This document shows positions 28,311 to 41,043 of a DNA stretch of 64,000 bases, piece after piece. The position numbers and the translations under genes were made by a program. Origin of the DNA: the human T2T-CHM13v2.0 reference genome, Homo sapiens; the NCBI RefSeq assembly GCF_009914755.1, contig NC_060926.1. The stretch is one strand, 5' to 3'. Below the pieces are notes generated by a model. The model worked only from the letters and a program-made list of their open reading frames with translations. It was not told the origin of the DNA and searched no databases. Position 1 is the stretch's first letter, and each line of letters begins with the position of its first letter.

Positions 28311-31300
28311 TTTCAACGTTAGGGAAAATATGACTGAAAGGGAAGCTGCAAATCCATTCCCAGCAAGAAGTGGGTTACAGAGAAGAGTTCATGAAAGGAA
28401 CAAAAGAAAAAGCTGAATGGCAGCTCGATGTCTCCAGGGTTAGAGCTTGGTTCAGTAAGGTTTATCTTGTCTGCAAATTTCCAAACCATTCATAGCCATG
28501 ATCAAACGCTTTAAAGATAGTGACAAAATAGGTATGGATTTAAAAAAATTTTCCAACCCTATGCACAGAGGACGACTTACAATAGTTTGCTGATGCTCTT
28601 CGCTTCTTAAATTATATTTTTAAAAGTCTGTATAATTGTAAATTTTAACATGCATTTTTATGTGGAGGGGGGACGAAAGAGAATGGTCAGTGTATTTTCT
28701 ATATGGAAGATATCTTTTGGGACCATTATCAACAAGAGCAAAGAAACTTTCCTGAATTACCATATATTAGAAGAATTTTAAATTGACATGGAAAACAACA
28801 TTAGAAAACAAAACATTATTTTTTTAAATTAAGCACAATTTTACCATTTGCAAGATTCTGATTTACTGCATTCTGATGCTAAATGAAACAGATATTATCT
28901 GGACCATTCAACAAAACCTTTACTACATGTAGACTATCAAGTCTATTTTACCTAAAGTACAAATATATCTTTCCTAGGTCTCCAGTTTGATGCCACCAGT
29001 TCTCTTAAGTAGCAAACCCTGCCTGGTTCCAAAGGTATCTGAGAGACCTCAAACATAAAATCATTACAAGAAAAAAACAGATCAAATTCACCCAAAGTAG
29101 GAATCTAGCAAAAATCTAACCAAATATGGCTACCTTAATCAAACAATAATTTTAGCTCTAGACTTAAAGACAGTGGCAGCAAACAACAATAAAACAACAA
29201 AAAAGCAATCACAGCAAGCTCTGTAATTCAGAGAGAAAAACCTTACTGTCACTAACATTTAAAAGGAATTTTTCAGATGCGTCATTACACAGGTACGTTG
29301 AACAAAATAATAGACAGTGGCTACCATGGCAGTTTACAGCCCACGAAGTCGCTTTCTTCTCAGGCATTTTAAGTTTTGAGCCAAGGTCATCACATTAAAA
29401 ATAACCCCTATAAGCCCATTTCTCCAGTGGCTAAGGTGCCAAGGCTTTCTCAGTCTCTAAGTGAAACTAGAACTCCTCAAATATCTATCCTCTCAACTGG
29501 ACTTGTGACAACAGTGGAGGCTACGGCTTCATGCTGAACTTGCTCTGAGAGCCTGAAATGGAGCTATTCTTTCCTTGCTGGTGATCCCACTCGAAATCCT
29601 TCTGCTTTGGATAGCAGATGGAGAAAGATGCAAGGCTGACAAGCTGCCACAAAAAGAGCCAGGTCAGGCCTGTATTCCCAAGGGGTGGAGCCAAGGTAGA
29701 GTGGTCAAACCTCTCCAAGAATCTGCAAGGCCAGAGCACAGCAACCAGCCTCACTGCTACTACTGCTACTCTGTGTGCAGGTACAATCGAGGGCCCATAA
29801 AAATATTGATTTATTGGTCACGTTCAAAAGGCAGCAAGGCCCAGCAGCATATTCCTTCTCTGTATTTCAGCCCTAAAAGCGCAACTTTTTTTCATTTTAC
29901 CATTTTAAGATGCTATATACGAAGACAAAGCAAAACGTCTGAAATAGAAACACCAGCAGATGCGGTGGGACGTCTGCGACAGGCACAGCAGCAGGGATCC
30001 TCTCCTGTGACGGCTGTCTGGAAGATCAGGGGTTACTGCAGTCAAAGTTCCCTGGGGACTCACAGGAAGGAAACTGAAATTCCCTTTCCCAAACACCAGC
30101 CCCACTCCCGCCCGGACTGGCAACAGCAGACGCCAAAGGATAAAGGGGGTATATTTAATAAAGTGAGTAGATTTCCTAGAGTAGGGCACAGCACTGTCAC
30201 CTGCTGCAAGAGACAAGCCTCCCAGTCGCCCAGCCCTGAGTCACTTCCCCTCCCAGCACTCTTGAGGCTCAATGCCTGCGGGGGGCAAAAGACCTGGGGC
30301 CTCCGGAGCACGCCTTCCGAAGCCCACACTCCCCTGCAAAGACGCGCGCGGGGCCTCCCTCCAGGGCGCGTCCCCGCGGCTGCCAACCAGCTCTTTGCGC
30401 CCAAGCCCGCGCCGCCGCTACCTTGGCTAATGGCAGCACTGAATGAAAGGAACCGATGCAGGCTCCGGATTTATGAATGTGCAGGGGAGGAGGGGAGGGA
30501 TATCATGTGACAATAAAGGAGCGCGTCTTATTCACAAAAAAAAAAAAGTGGCTGGTGGCGGGCACAGCCACTGAGCAGCAGCGGCGGCCGCCGCGCGGTG
30601 ACCGCTCAAACCCCAGGCATAAGACTTGAGGCGTCGGGCCCCGCGGCCCCGCCCCCGTCGCACCCGAGACTGAAAACGCCTCAGACCAGGGAGGGAAAAT
30701 GCCAAACTGGACCCCTGGACCGCGAGGCAGGAGGCAGCTGCACCTCCGCCCCGGGCTGGCGACAGTCACGGGTCCCGCGCGGGGCGGCCCAGGATCCCTC
30801 CGGCGGAGCGCCCCGAGCATTGTTCCCCTCGGGCCCGCGGGCCAGGCACAAGCCCGTGCACGCGCACCCGCGAGGACACTCACATACACACACACACACG
30901 CGCACCCCCAGCGCGATGCCCCGCACGCCCCCGCCGCACACGCCTCGGTCCGCCCCGAGCCGCCCGACCCCGCAGGACGCGTGTGCCGGCCACAAGCGCG
31001 TGCACAGGCACTCACGCGCCGCGGGGCCCCTCGGGCGGCTCCAGCACGCCGGCCCGCGCGGGGACCCTGGCGCACCAGACCCCCGCGCAGCCCGCGCCTG
31101 TCCTCCTCTCGCTCCGCCGTGTTTTTTATGAATGAAAATGTGGTATGCAAATGAGAGCGATTCAAGAAAACGAAATGGCGGAGCCTAGGCCCCAGTGGGC
31201 TCCGGAGCGGACTGCAGGGCTCGCGGGGCGGCGGGAGTCACAAAGTCACTGTGCAAAAACCCACCAGCCCCGGGAAGCCGGAGTGGGGGTGTCAGGTCTT

Positions 31301-31630
31301 CCGCTCTAGCCGCCGAGGATTTCGGGGGCGGGGGAGCTGTAAGTCCTCCGAGAGGGAGCGGAGACCGCCGGGAGGTCACCCGCACGCCCTTGGCCCCCGG
31401 AGCTGCCACCAGCCCGCCGACCCTAGGCGTGCGCCCGCCAGCCCGCAGCAGTTTTTGCCCTCTCCTCACTTCAACAAGCAGGGAAGCCTCGCGTCCCAAC
31501 GCCGAAAGGTCAGCGAGTCGCTGCACCCCACGCCAAGTTCACCCAATAAGCGTCCCCGCCCGCATCCTCAGCCCCGGCCCCCACGCTGCCCCTGAGGGGC
31601 ACCCTCGTCCCACCCCGCGACCAAACTTAC

Positions 31631-31656
31631 TCGTCTGGGTGTGTTTCTTCGGTCAT
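31631..31656 (-). CDS. SPRED2: First coding exon (26 nt) of SPRED2, Sprouty-related EVH1 domain protein 2, a RAS-MAPK feedback inhibitor; the remaining exons lie outside the window to the left
   Basis: Minus strand reads GAAA ATG ACC GAA GAA ACA CAC CCA GAC GA|GTAAGT = MTEETHPD(D), matching the SPRED2 N-terminus I recognise (MTEETHPDDDSYIVRVKAVVM). Canonical donor GTAAGT at 31630-31625. Located in a CpG island. Confidence 0.95.
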
Positions 31657-32270
31657 TTTCTTGTTCACCTAGACGCCTGTCCCGCGGCGGGCAGCTTTGC
31701 TCCCTTCATCTTCCTGTCCGCTCGCCCCCCTTCTTCACATCTCCGGAGATCGCCTGATTTGGGGAGGGGGGGCGGCTAGAGATGAAGAGGGCGCCGCAGC
31801 AGAAGGGGAAGCAGGGCGCGGGATAGGGTTTGGGGGAAGGGGTGCAAAGGCAGGCTGCGCGGGGAGTGAACGCCGCAGCGCCGTGGGGAGAGGCGGGCGG
31901 AGGCTCCGGGGGCTCGGGAGCGGGCAGAGGGGGCGAGATTTGGGAAGGGGACGGCGGTGGGGGAGAGCAGGAGAAAAACAAGCGCGCCTCGGAGCGGCAG
32001 GGACTGCTGCGAGGAGGAGGAGGGCGCCGGCCGCGGGTGGGGGGGCTCAGTCCGGGGTCGCCCCCGGGGGGCCGGGCCAATCACGGTTCCGGGGAGCGGT
32101 CGGCGGCCGGGGGAGGTGCGCCTGGGAGGCGGTGCAGGGCGCCCCGTCCGAGCCCCATCTCTCGACTCCACCGATTTACTCCATATTGGATTCTCACCGC
32201 CGCCAACAGGAGGAGGAAGTAGGGCGGAAGCGATGACGTCTTCCCAGCGGCCAGAGGTGGTGGAGTGCAA
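31657..32270 (-). other. SPRED2: SPRED2 exon 1 5'UTR; the 5' end (TSS) is approximate
   Basis: GC-rich sequence contiguous with the ATG. The TSS is inferred from the promoter motif cluster near 32070-32300 and cannot be fixed from sequence. Confidence 0.6.
31665..31709 (-). other. Upstream ORF in the SPRED2 5'UTR (MKGAKLPAAGQASR*)
   Basis: ATG at 31709 with A at -3. TGA at 31667-31665, 8 nt before the main ATG. Translation not demonstrated. Confidence 0.7.
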
Positions 32271-32822
32271 AAAGCTTCCTACTTGCGACCGAAAAAAAGG
32301 GAGAAGAAAAAAAAAAAAACTTTGTCCCGCCTACTGAGCACGCCCCGCTTCCTCTCCCCCTCCCTCCTGGCTTCCACTCCCGGGGGAGCCGCGGAGCCGA
32401 GTTGTTTGCTTGCGCCGCGACCGTCTGGCTCCGAATCCTCCTTGATTAGGGCTCCGGGTTTTAGGAAGCCCGAGAGGAGGGAGGAGGCGGGAGCGGAGGA
32501 CTCGTACACATCTGGCTCCCGTTTTTGCCCCCTCCCTCCTTCCAAACACCAAGATTAAAAATCGGGGGGTGGGCGGGGGCAGAGATGGGAAACTCAAGGG
32601 AGGGGAGGGAGTAAAACAGCTGAAGAGGTGCTCAGGCTCAGAGGCACAACTACCCCCACCGCGGGGTGGGAAGGTAGGGGCGGCGCAGGTGCCAGGGGCT
32701 GGCTTCTCCAGCCCGACCCAACCAGAGAGGGGAGGGGGTTCGACTTTGCCAAGGTTCTGAAAGGCAGAGGCTTTTCCGTTTCACGTGAATCTTGTGATTT
32801 TTTTTCTTTTTTGTCTCAATAG

Positions 32823-33130
<308 letters not shown>

Positions 33131-33250
33131 AAGGAACGGATGTTTTTAAGAATCATTACTCATGCAAAGAAAAAGGTCAACCCAGCACAGCCCAGAAACG
33201 TTTGCATTTCCGTAGAAATTATGGAATTTCTCGCGTTAAGAAGCAGCCCC

Positions 33251-33577
33251 GGCCGGGCGCGGTGGCACACGCCTGTAATCCCAGCACTTTGGAAGGCCGA
33301 GGCGGGCAGATCACCTGAGGTCGGGAGTTCGAGACCAGCCTGACCAACATGGTGAAACATCGTCTGTACTAAAAATACAGAATTAGCCGGGCGTGGTGGC
33401 GCGTGCCTGTAATCCCAGCTACTCGGGAGCTGAGGCAGGAGAATCGCTTGACCCCAGGAGGTGAAGGTGGCGGTGAGCCAAGATTGTGCCACTGCACCCC
33501 AGCCTGGGCAAAAAGAGCAAAACTCCATCTCAAAAAAAAAAAAAAAAGAAGAAGAAAGAAAGAAAGAAAAAGAAACA
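33251..33577 (+). mobile_element. Alu (AluS), CpG-rich
   Basis: Starts with intact GGCCGGGCGCGGTGGC. Confidence 0.95.
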
Positions 33578-33717
33578 AGAGACATAGTCCCTATCCCTTG
33601 CTGCTCTCCAAACACAGTAGACTTTTCCATCCTCTTGAATGTCCATGGGACAATCCAGATACGATGTTAACTAAATAGCAACCACTGAACAGGTTAAGAG
33701 ATTAAATATTTGCCTCA

Positions 33718-34017
33718 GGCTGGGCGCAGTGGCTCATGCCTGTAATCCCAGCACTTTGGGAGGCTGAGGTGGGCGGATCACCTGAGGTCAGGCGTTTGAG
33801 ACCAGCCTGGCCAACATGGCAAAACCCTGTCTCTACTAAAAATATAAAAATTAGTTGGGTGTGGTGGTGGGCACCCATAATCCCAGCTACTCAGTAGGCC
33901 GAGGCAGGAGAATTGTTTGAACCCAGGAGGAGGAGGCTGCAGTGTACCGAGATTGCACCATTGCACTCCAGCCTGGGCAACAAGAGCAAAACTTTGTCTC
34001 TACATAAATAAATAAAT
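33718..34017 (+). mobile_element. Alu (AluS)
   Basis: Full Alu; TGCCTCA on both flanks. Confidence 0.93.
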
Positions 34018-35399
34018 GCCTCAAATTTAGTATTCCTAAAATTTACATACATATAAGAGCCACAAATGCTCCAAAAAGTTTCACCTTGAGTCAGGGATAA
34101 ACTGGTGGTTTACTCCAGGCTTTGTGCTTATCACAGCCATGATCTCTGTAGACATGGAGTGGGGTTCACGCTGGTGATGTGTGGTGGTGGGGAGGGCATG
34201 AACCAGGGGATGGAACAGCTTGGTTCTGGTTTTCTCCTAGCAGTCCTGAGACCCCGAGTGAGTTTCTTTATAAAACAGGAATAACAAGGCCAAGCTTGTC
34301 TTTATCAGTTTTTGAGGCCATTGAGAGTTCCTGAGAAAGTACTAAGCAAAGGCAAGATCTCATTGTCTTCCAAATCCCCAGATGGCTAAGGAATCTACCC
34401 AAGTCTCACCTTTGGCCATGGTTGCTCTTCTCCCTGGGAGTGCTGAAAGAGATCCCACCCTGTTATTCCTGAACTTCCCAGAACACAGGCACTTACCCAT
34501 GTCAAAATTATCCACCCTGTGGGCATCTCTTGGGCTCCACCCTCCAGTTTCAAGGTACACAAATGGCAAGGTGGCAGGTGAGGTGATTAATTTCTGCAGG
34601 TAGGCCAGCTCTATGAGCAGGTTAAATTGGTGTCATCACCACTCACTCAGCCAGCTCTCTGCTTAATAGCAGCGAACGACTGGCCCAGCCTATGGACCAG
34701 GTTGCCAGGGGAACAATGATAAATATTCTGAGGTCCAGAAGTCCCCAAGTCCCCACTGGGATCACCTGGTACCATACTCCAGCTGGGCTATCTCAGGCAG
34801 GCCCTTAGGTCCACTGAGCCTTGGGTTCAGTGTCTGTTGGGTCGGAATAGTACCCACAACATAGGGTTGCTGGGAATCTTAAATGGGCTATACAGATTCC
34901 TGATAGCCCTTTCCTCTCTCTGGCCAGCTGGTTTACCAAATGCCCCCCTCCACTCTGTCCTTCATGTTCCTTTAAATGAAGCCTGCCAGTTCTCTTCTGT
35001 CTTGTTCAACACCCAAAAGGGGCCTTTTGATGGAAACATTACTAGCAGGTCACTTCTTGGTCCTCCCCATCAATTACTGTGGTTGAGGCAAGTCTGACTC
35101 CTGCAGCTCCATAGAATAAATGAGGACATTGGGCGAATAACTCAGATATGTCTGTTGATCTGAACATCAAGGTGTTATCAAAGTCCATTGGATTGTTGCT
35201 GGAATAGGGGATATCACAGATTTAGGGCTTTAATTGATGTCACTGCTGAAAGAGCTAAGGACCCACATCCCTGTCTCTCCCCACAACCGGCAGAACAGGG
35301 GGCTGCGGGAATCTCTGAACACGATCAAATCAATAGTGCTCAGTCAGAGTAGGATCGTAAAGCTTCAAAAGTAATATCGATCTGCTCACAACTTCACGC

Positions 35400-36620
35400 A
35401 AACCCAGCGGGGCCCCCAGCAGGTCCCCCACCTACAGGCTTCTCAGTTCCGAGTCCTGGGCGAGGGAGCACCCCCACCCCGGCCCTTCCCGCGGGCTGCC
35501 CGGAAAGTCCGGAGCGCGGAGCCGGAGCGACCCTCCGCGGCCGGGGACGGGCATGCTCAGTAGCCCCGCAGGTCCTGTTTCACTGGGAAGCCGTCCGCGG
35601 CCCCCACCCCTCCCGCCTGGCTCGGGCGCCAGGAGAAGCGGACATTTTAGCCTCCTCTGCAATCCGCTCTCTCGTTCGTGTCCTTCTCCCCCCTCTCGTC
35701 CCGTAGGGCCGGCAGTGTAGATTTCCCCAGGGGCGGGGGTGGGATCTGAGCAATCACTCGCCCTCCCCCCTCCCAGGGGCGGGGAGGGGGTGATTTAGGG
35801 AGGACTCCACGGGGCCCAAAGGTTCGCACCGCCCCGCCGCGGCCCAGCCTGCAGAAGCCCCCCGCTGCCGCGGCGCCCCCGCTCCCCGCCCCGCGAGGCG
35901 CGCGCAGCTGCGCCCGGGCCTGTCCTCGCTTCACCCCCACTCTGCCCCTTCGGTATTTCTCAATGACCGGCGCTCCGAGGACACTTCCGACGCGGAGGGA
36001 GGGGGTGTCATTAGCGCTCGGTTATCAGTTCCTTCCGGTCTCCCCGAGCTCAACCCTGCGCGCGGCCGGGCCGCGCCTCGGGCGATCTGGTGCCTTTATT
36101 ATGATGTTTAAGTAAGCAGTCGTGTGTGCCAAGTGAGTTTGTAGCCCAGCTGTCTCCCCCAAGCCCCGCTGGCAGGAATGGAAACCCAAGCTCTCTCGTA
36201 ATGCAGGGGATGATGCAAACTTAGAAACTGACCCGGCGCCCGGGAATGAGGCCCCCCCGCCCCGGGCGTGCGGCGGCCCAGTCGGGGCATGAATGGCTGG
36301 AGCCCGATTGCATAATCCGCGCGGTATAAATAGCCGGCGGGCGGGCCGCTGACGCGCTCGGTTGTGCCGTTATCGTGCAATGCTTCATCCCCGGTGCCGT
36401 TCAATCCCAGGTCGTTTTCCCTTTCAGCTGCAATGCCGGGATTTTAAATAGCAGAGATGAAAGGCCCCTGCCCCCGCCTCCCTCCTCCCCTGAGTTCATG
36501 TATTATGAATGAAACGGCAGCCTCGCTGCTTCCTGAGGTGCTCCACTTCAGGTAGGAGAGAGACTCAATGTCAAGGCAGCTGGCTACTAAAAGTTGGGTG
36601 TGTGCGCGCGTTGGGGAGGG
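35400..36620. promoter_or_regulatory. Second CpG island with a plus-strand TATA box; candidate divergent (lncRNA) promoter or enhancer
   Basis: CpG-rich and repeat-free. TATAAATA at 36325-36332, ATTGCATAAT at 36307-36316, TGATGCAA at 36211-36218, CAG|GTAGGA at 36551/36552. Confidence 0.75.
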
Positions 36621-38844
36621 ACGGAGAGCAGGAAATAATTGACAGGCTGGGAAACATTCTTTTCGAGAAAATGTAACCGCTCAGGGTTTGCCTCTGGAGT
36701 TTCAGTTTACAACTGTACAAGCCTCAGTCAATTTAAGAATGGATTATGCAAAGGGGCTTTCGACTGCGGCTTGCTCGCCCTCACACCCTAGGCCGCTGTC
36801 TCTGTGGAAAGTGCTGTTTCATTCAGAGGAGCTGGTTTCTGCCCTCCCAGGGAGGCAGCACACATCCCCTCTCCCCTCTCATCCTCCACTTTAAGATGAG
36901 CCCTGAGAACCCTTGAGGGTCTCGAGAAAAGCGAATGCTGGTCACTGTAGCCATTCTCTAGTTCCAGAACCTCTTGGAAGCCTCAGCGAGGTCCAAAGCT
37001 GAGTAAGTTTTAAAACGTATTTTTTTTCCAACAGTTTTTCAACAATAGGTAGTCATTTTAAAAATTAAAGGATGAAGCAAGTTTTCGTCTTCTCATGAAT
37101 ACCAGATTTCAACTTAATTTCTTAACATAAAAATGGCCAGTTCTTCACAAATGCATTTCTGACATGTGAAGGGCAATGGTCAAGGTCATGATTTTTTTCA
37201 CTGGATACCCATTGCTCCAGTCTGCCTTGAAAGCACCAGGGCTCTATGAGGCAGTGGGGATACAGGAGTGAAGAAACCCAGGCTCCTTCCCTCCAGGGAT
37301 TCGGTCAGCTGGGGCAACAGGCATGTAAAAAACACATGAGGCCGCGAGGTAACAGCTCTGAAAAATGGAGTAAGCAGAAGAGAAAGCAGGGGTCAGGGAA
37401 AGGATCCTTGAAAGATGCTGGGAGTGCCCTTAGATAACTGGAAGGGGAGAGATCTCGGGGATAAAGAGCCGGGTTACCACAAAGGCCCTAGGTGCGAAAT
37501 AACTTTGGGAGGAGGGGGAAGGAGGTGCGGGAAAGGGTGGAGAAGGGTAGAAGCCAGGTCAGGGAGGTCACACAGGCCTTGCTGAAGAAGGTTACCCTTT
37601 ATTTTGAAATCATGGAACCTTTTGTAGTCGATTCACAGCTGATCTTTGTCTAGTCCCAGATCACTGCAGTGGCTCCCAAAGTTATGCAAATGTGGGGCAA
37701 GTGGGCATCCATTGTTCTGGGATTAGGGCATCAAACCAAATTCACAAACTGACAGCTCCTAGGCCAGATAAGGCCCCAGACAAGTTTTGTTTTGCCTGTT
37801 TTTTTTTTTTTTTGTTGTTGTTGTTTTTTAATCAAGCTAACAGCTTAAAACCAGAATATTTCACATAAAACTCAATATTTTTGGTTCCTCCTGAAAAAAA
37901 TTAAAGACTTAGCAACTGTGAGTGCCAGATTTCTGCGGGGTAACAGTGGATGGTTGCTGAGTGGAGGCTGCCCTGTCTGTCAGGCTTCTGGCTCCTGGAG
38001 GCATTTGAGCTTTTGACCCCTGGCATAACAGGATGTTTTGTGACTGGGTGAAGGCCCCACTCTGAGACCCCAGGCTGGTAGAGCTTGTCACTGGGTAAAA
38101 GCAATTTGCATGAGGAGCGCTGGGCCTCTTGGGAGGCCAATCCCCAATCTCCTTACCAAAGACACTGTATTCTACCTATGCAGGCAGCCCACAGGCAGGG
38201 AGCAGTGAGGCTCCTAAAATAACAATGAACATTGATCCCAGCTTGGGCTCTGTTTCTAGGGAACCCAACCTAAGAGAAGTAGGCTCTCTCCCACCAGGGG
38301 AGCTGGAGGGGCTCAAGTGATCAGCTGAGAAAATCACCAAATTTGTGGAACAAGTTTTACAAGTTACATAACCAAATAGTTTAAGCAGGGAATGCTAGGC
38401 TCAGGTTTTATACTTTAATAGGTTATTCTAGGCTTGAAGGATGGTTTGTTGGGAGCAGAGCAAAGACTGGTTTGGGAGAAATTTTCCTCTTCCATGACAG
38501 GAGTAACAATGCATGATAAAGCACAGTGACAAGGGCCATGGAAAGAAGTAACCAATTCCAAAGACACAAATGGGGTAGAAATGACTTGGCTTTATGATCT
38601 GTTAGATATGGGGGCTCATTGAGAGGTCTAGGATAAATTCCAAGTTTCTTTCCCTTTTCCTTGGGAAATTGGGTGTTTTCTGGTCTCTTAACATGATTAG
38701 GGTAATAAGTGGGGAGTAGGAAGAAGGCTGGGATCACTCAAGATGGAGAGGCACGATGAGCAGTTGCTGCCACACAAGTCTGGGACCCACACAATAGGTC
38801 AGAGACTGAGGGATATACATAGGACAAGACTGAGTGCAGCAGAT

Positions 38845-39027
38845 CCTGGAGGTGGAGATGGGGAGACAGTTCCCTGAATACATCTTTTGAGCAACTGGAT
38901 TCAATCTTGCCTGAAGCCTGAGGATGATCTGGACTTTTAAGATGTAAAAGCCAATATATTGTTTTTTGCTTGAGCTAGGTTGAGTTGGGCTTTTGTCACT
39001 TGGAGCCCCCAAAATTCTAGCTAACAA
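38845..39027 (+). mobile_element. MLT1-family LTR 3' fragment
   Basis: CTGGACTTT...GCCAATA...GAGTTGGGCTTTTGTCACTTG...CTAACA end motif. Confidence 0.65.
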
Positions 39028-39516
39028 AGTAGAAAACCATACTTTGGATAGTGAAAAAGATTGAGAGGAACTAAGGAATGGAACATAAGGGGAATTTTAG
39101 AATGTGTGTTTGCAATTTAACACAGGGACATCTGGGGTCTTTGCCAGGGAGTTTCATAGAGACTCTGATTTACTAGAACAAACTTCTCCCAGGAAGTTAG
39201 TCAACACTTTACGGGTTGTGCTGTCCTCTGTTTTTAGTCTCAGCATCCTACCATCACCACCTTAATTCACATGTTCACCTCCCTTCTCACTCCTAAAAAC
39301 ATGCCTCATTTTTACTACCTTTATTTCCCGTCCCTTCTGTAAAGACCAAAGCTGGGAAAGGAAGCTTAATAATATAAGAGAATCAGAGCTTTTAGAATTG
39401 GAAGAAAATGAAGGATCGTATGTTGTGGCAACTCTGACTTCAGTAAACCAAACATCTTACCCAACCTTTTTGGAATGGAGAAAGGAAGAAAACAAAATAC
39501 AATATGATATGGTCCC

Positions 39517-40344
<828 letters not shown>

Positions 40345-40371
40345 ACCCCTAACCCAAATTTTACAACATAG

Positions 40372-41043
<672 letters not shown>

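Larger units (their letters stand above)
30300..32750. promoter_or_regulatory. CpG island / SPRED2 promoter
   Basis: Very high GC and CpG density. CCAAT (GGCCAATCAC, 32075-32084), ETS cores GGAAGT 32215-32220 and CGGAAG 32225-32230, GC box GGGCGG 32222-32227, CRE-like TGACGTC 32234-32240. Confidence 0.92.

Noticed and set aside
32181-32189. CCATATTGG as a CArG/SRF box
   Set aside because: Only five A/T bases between CC and GG where the consensus needs six; better read as a reverse CCAAT.
30503-32822. Overlapping Pro/Arg/Gly/Ala-rich ORFs up to 220 aa on both strands
   Set aside because: Stop codons are scarce in CpG-island DNA; no domain resemblance. The true CDS here is the 26-nt SPRED2 exon.
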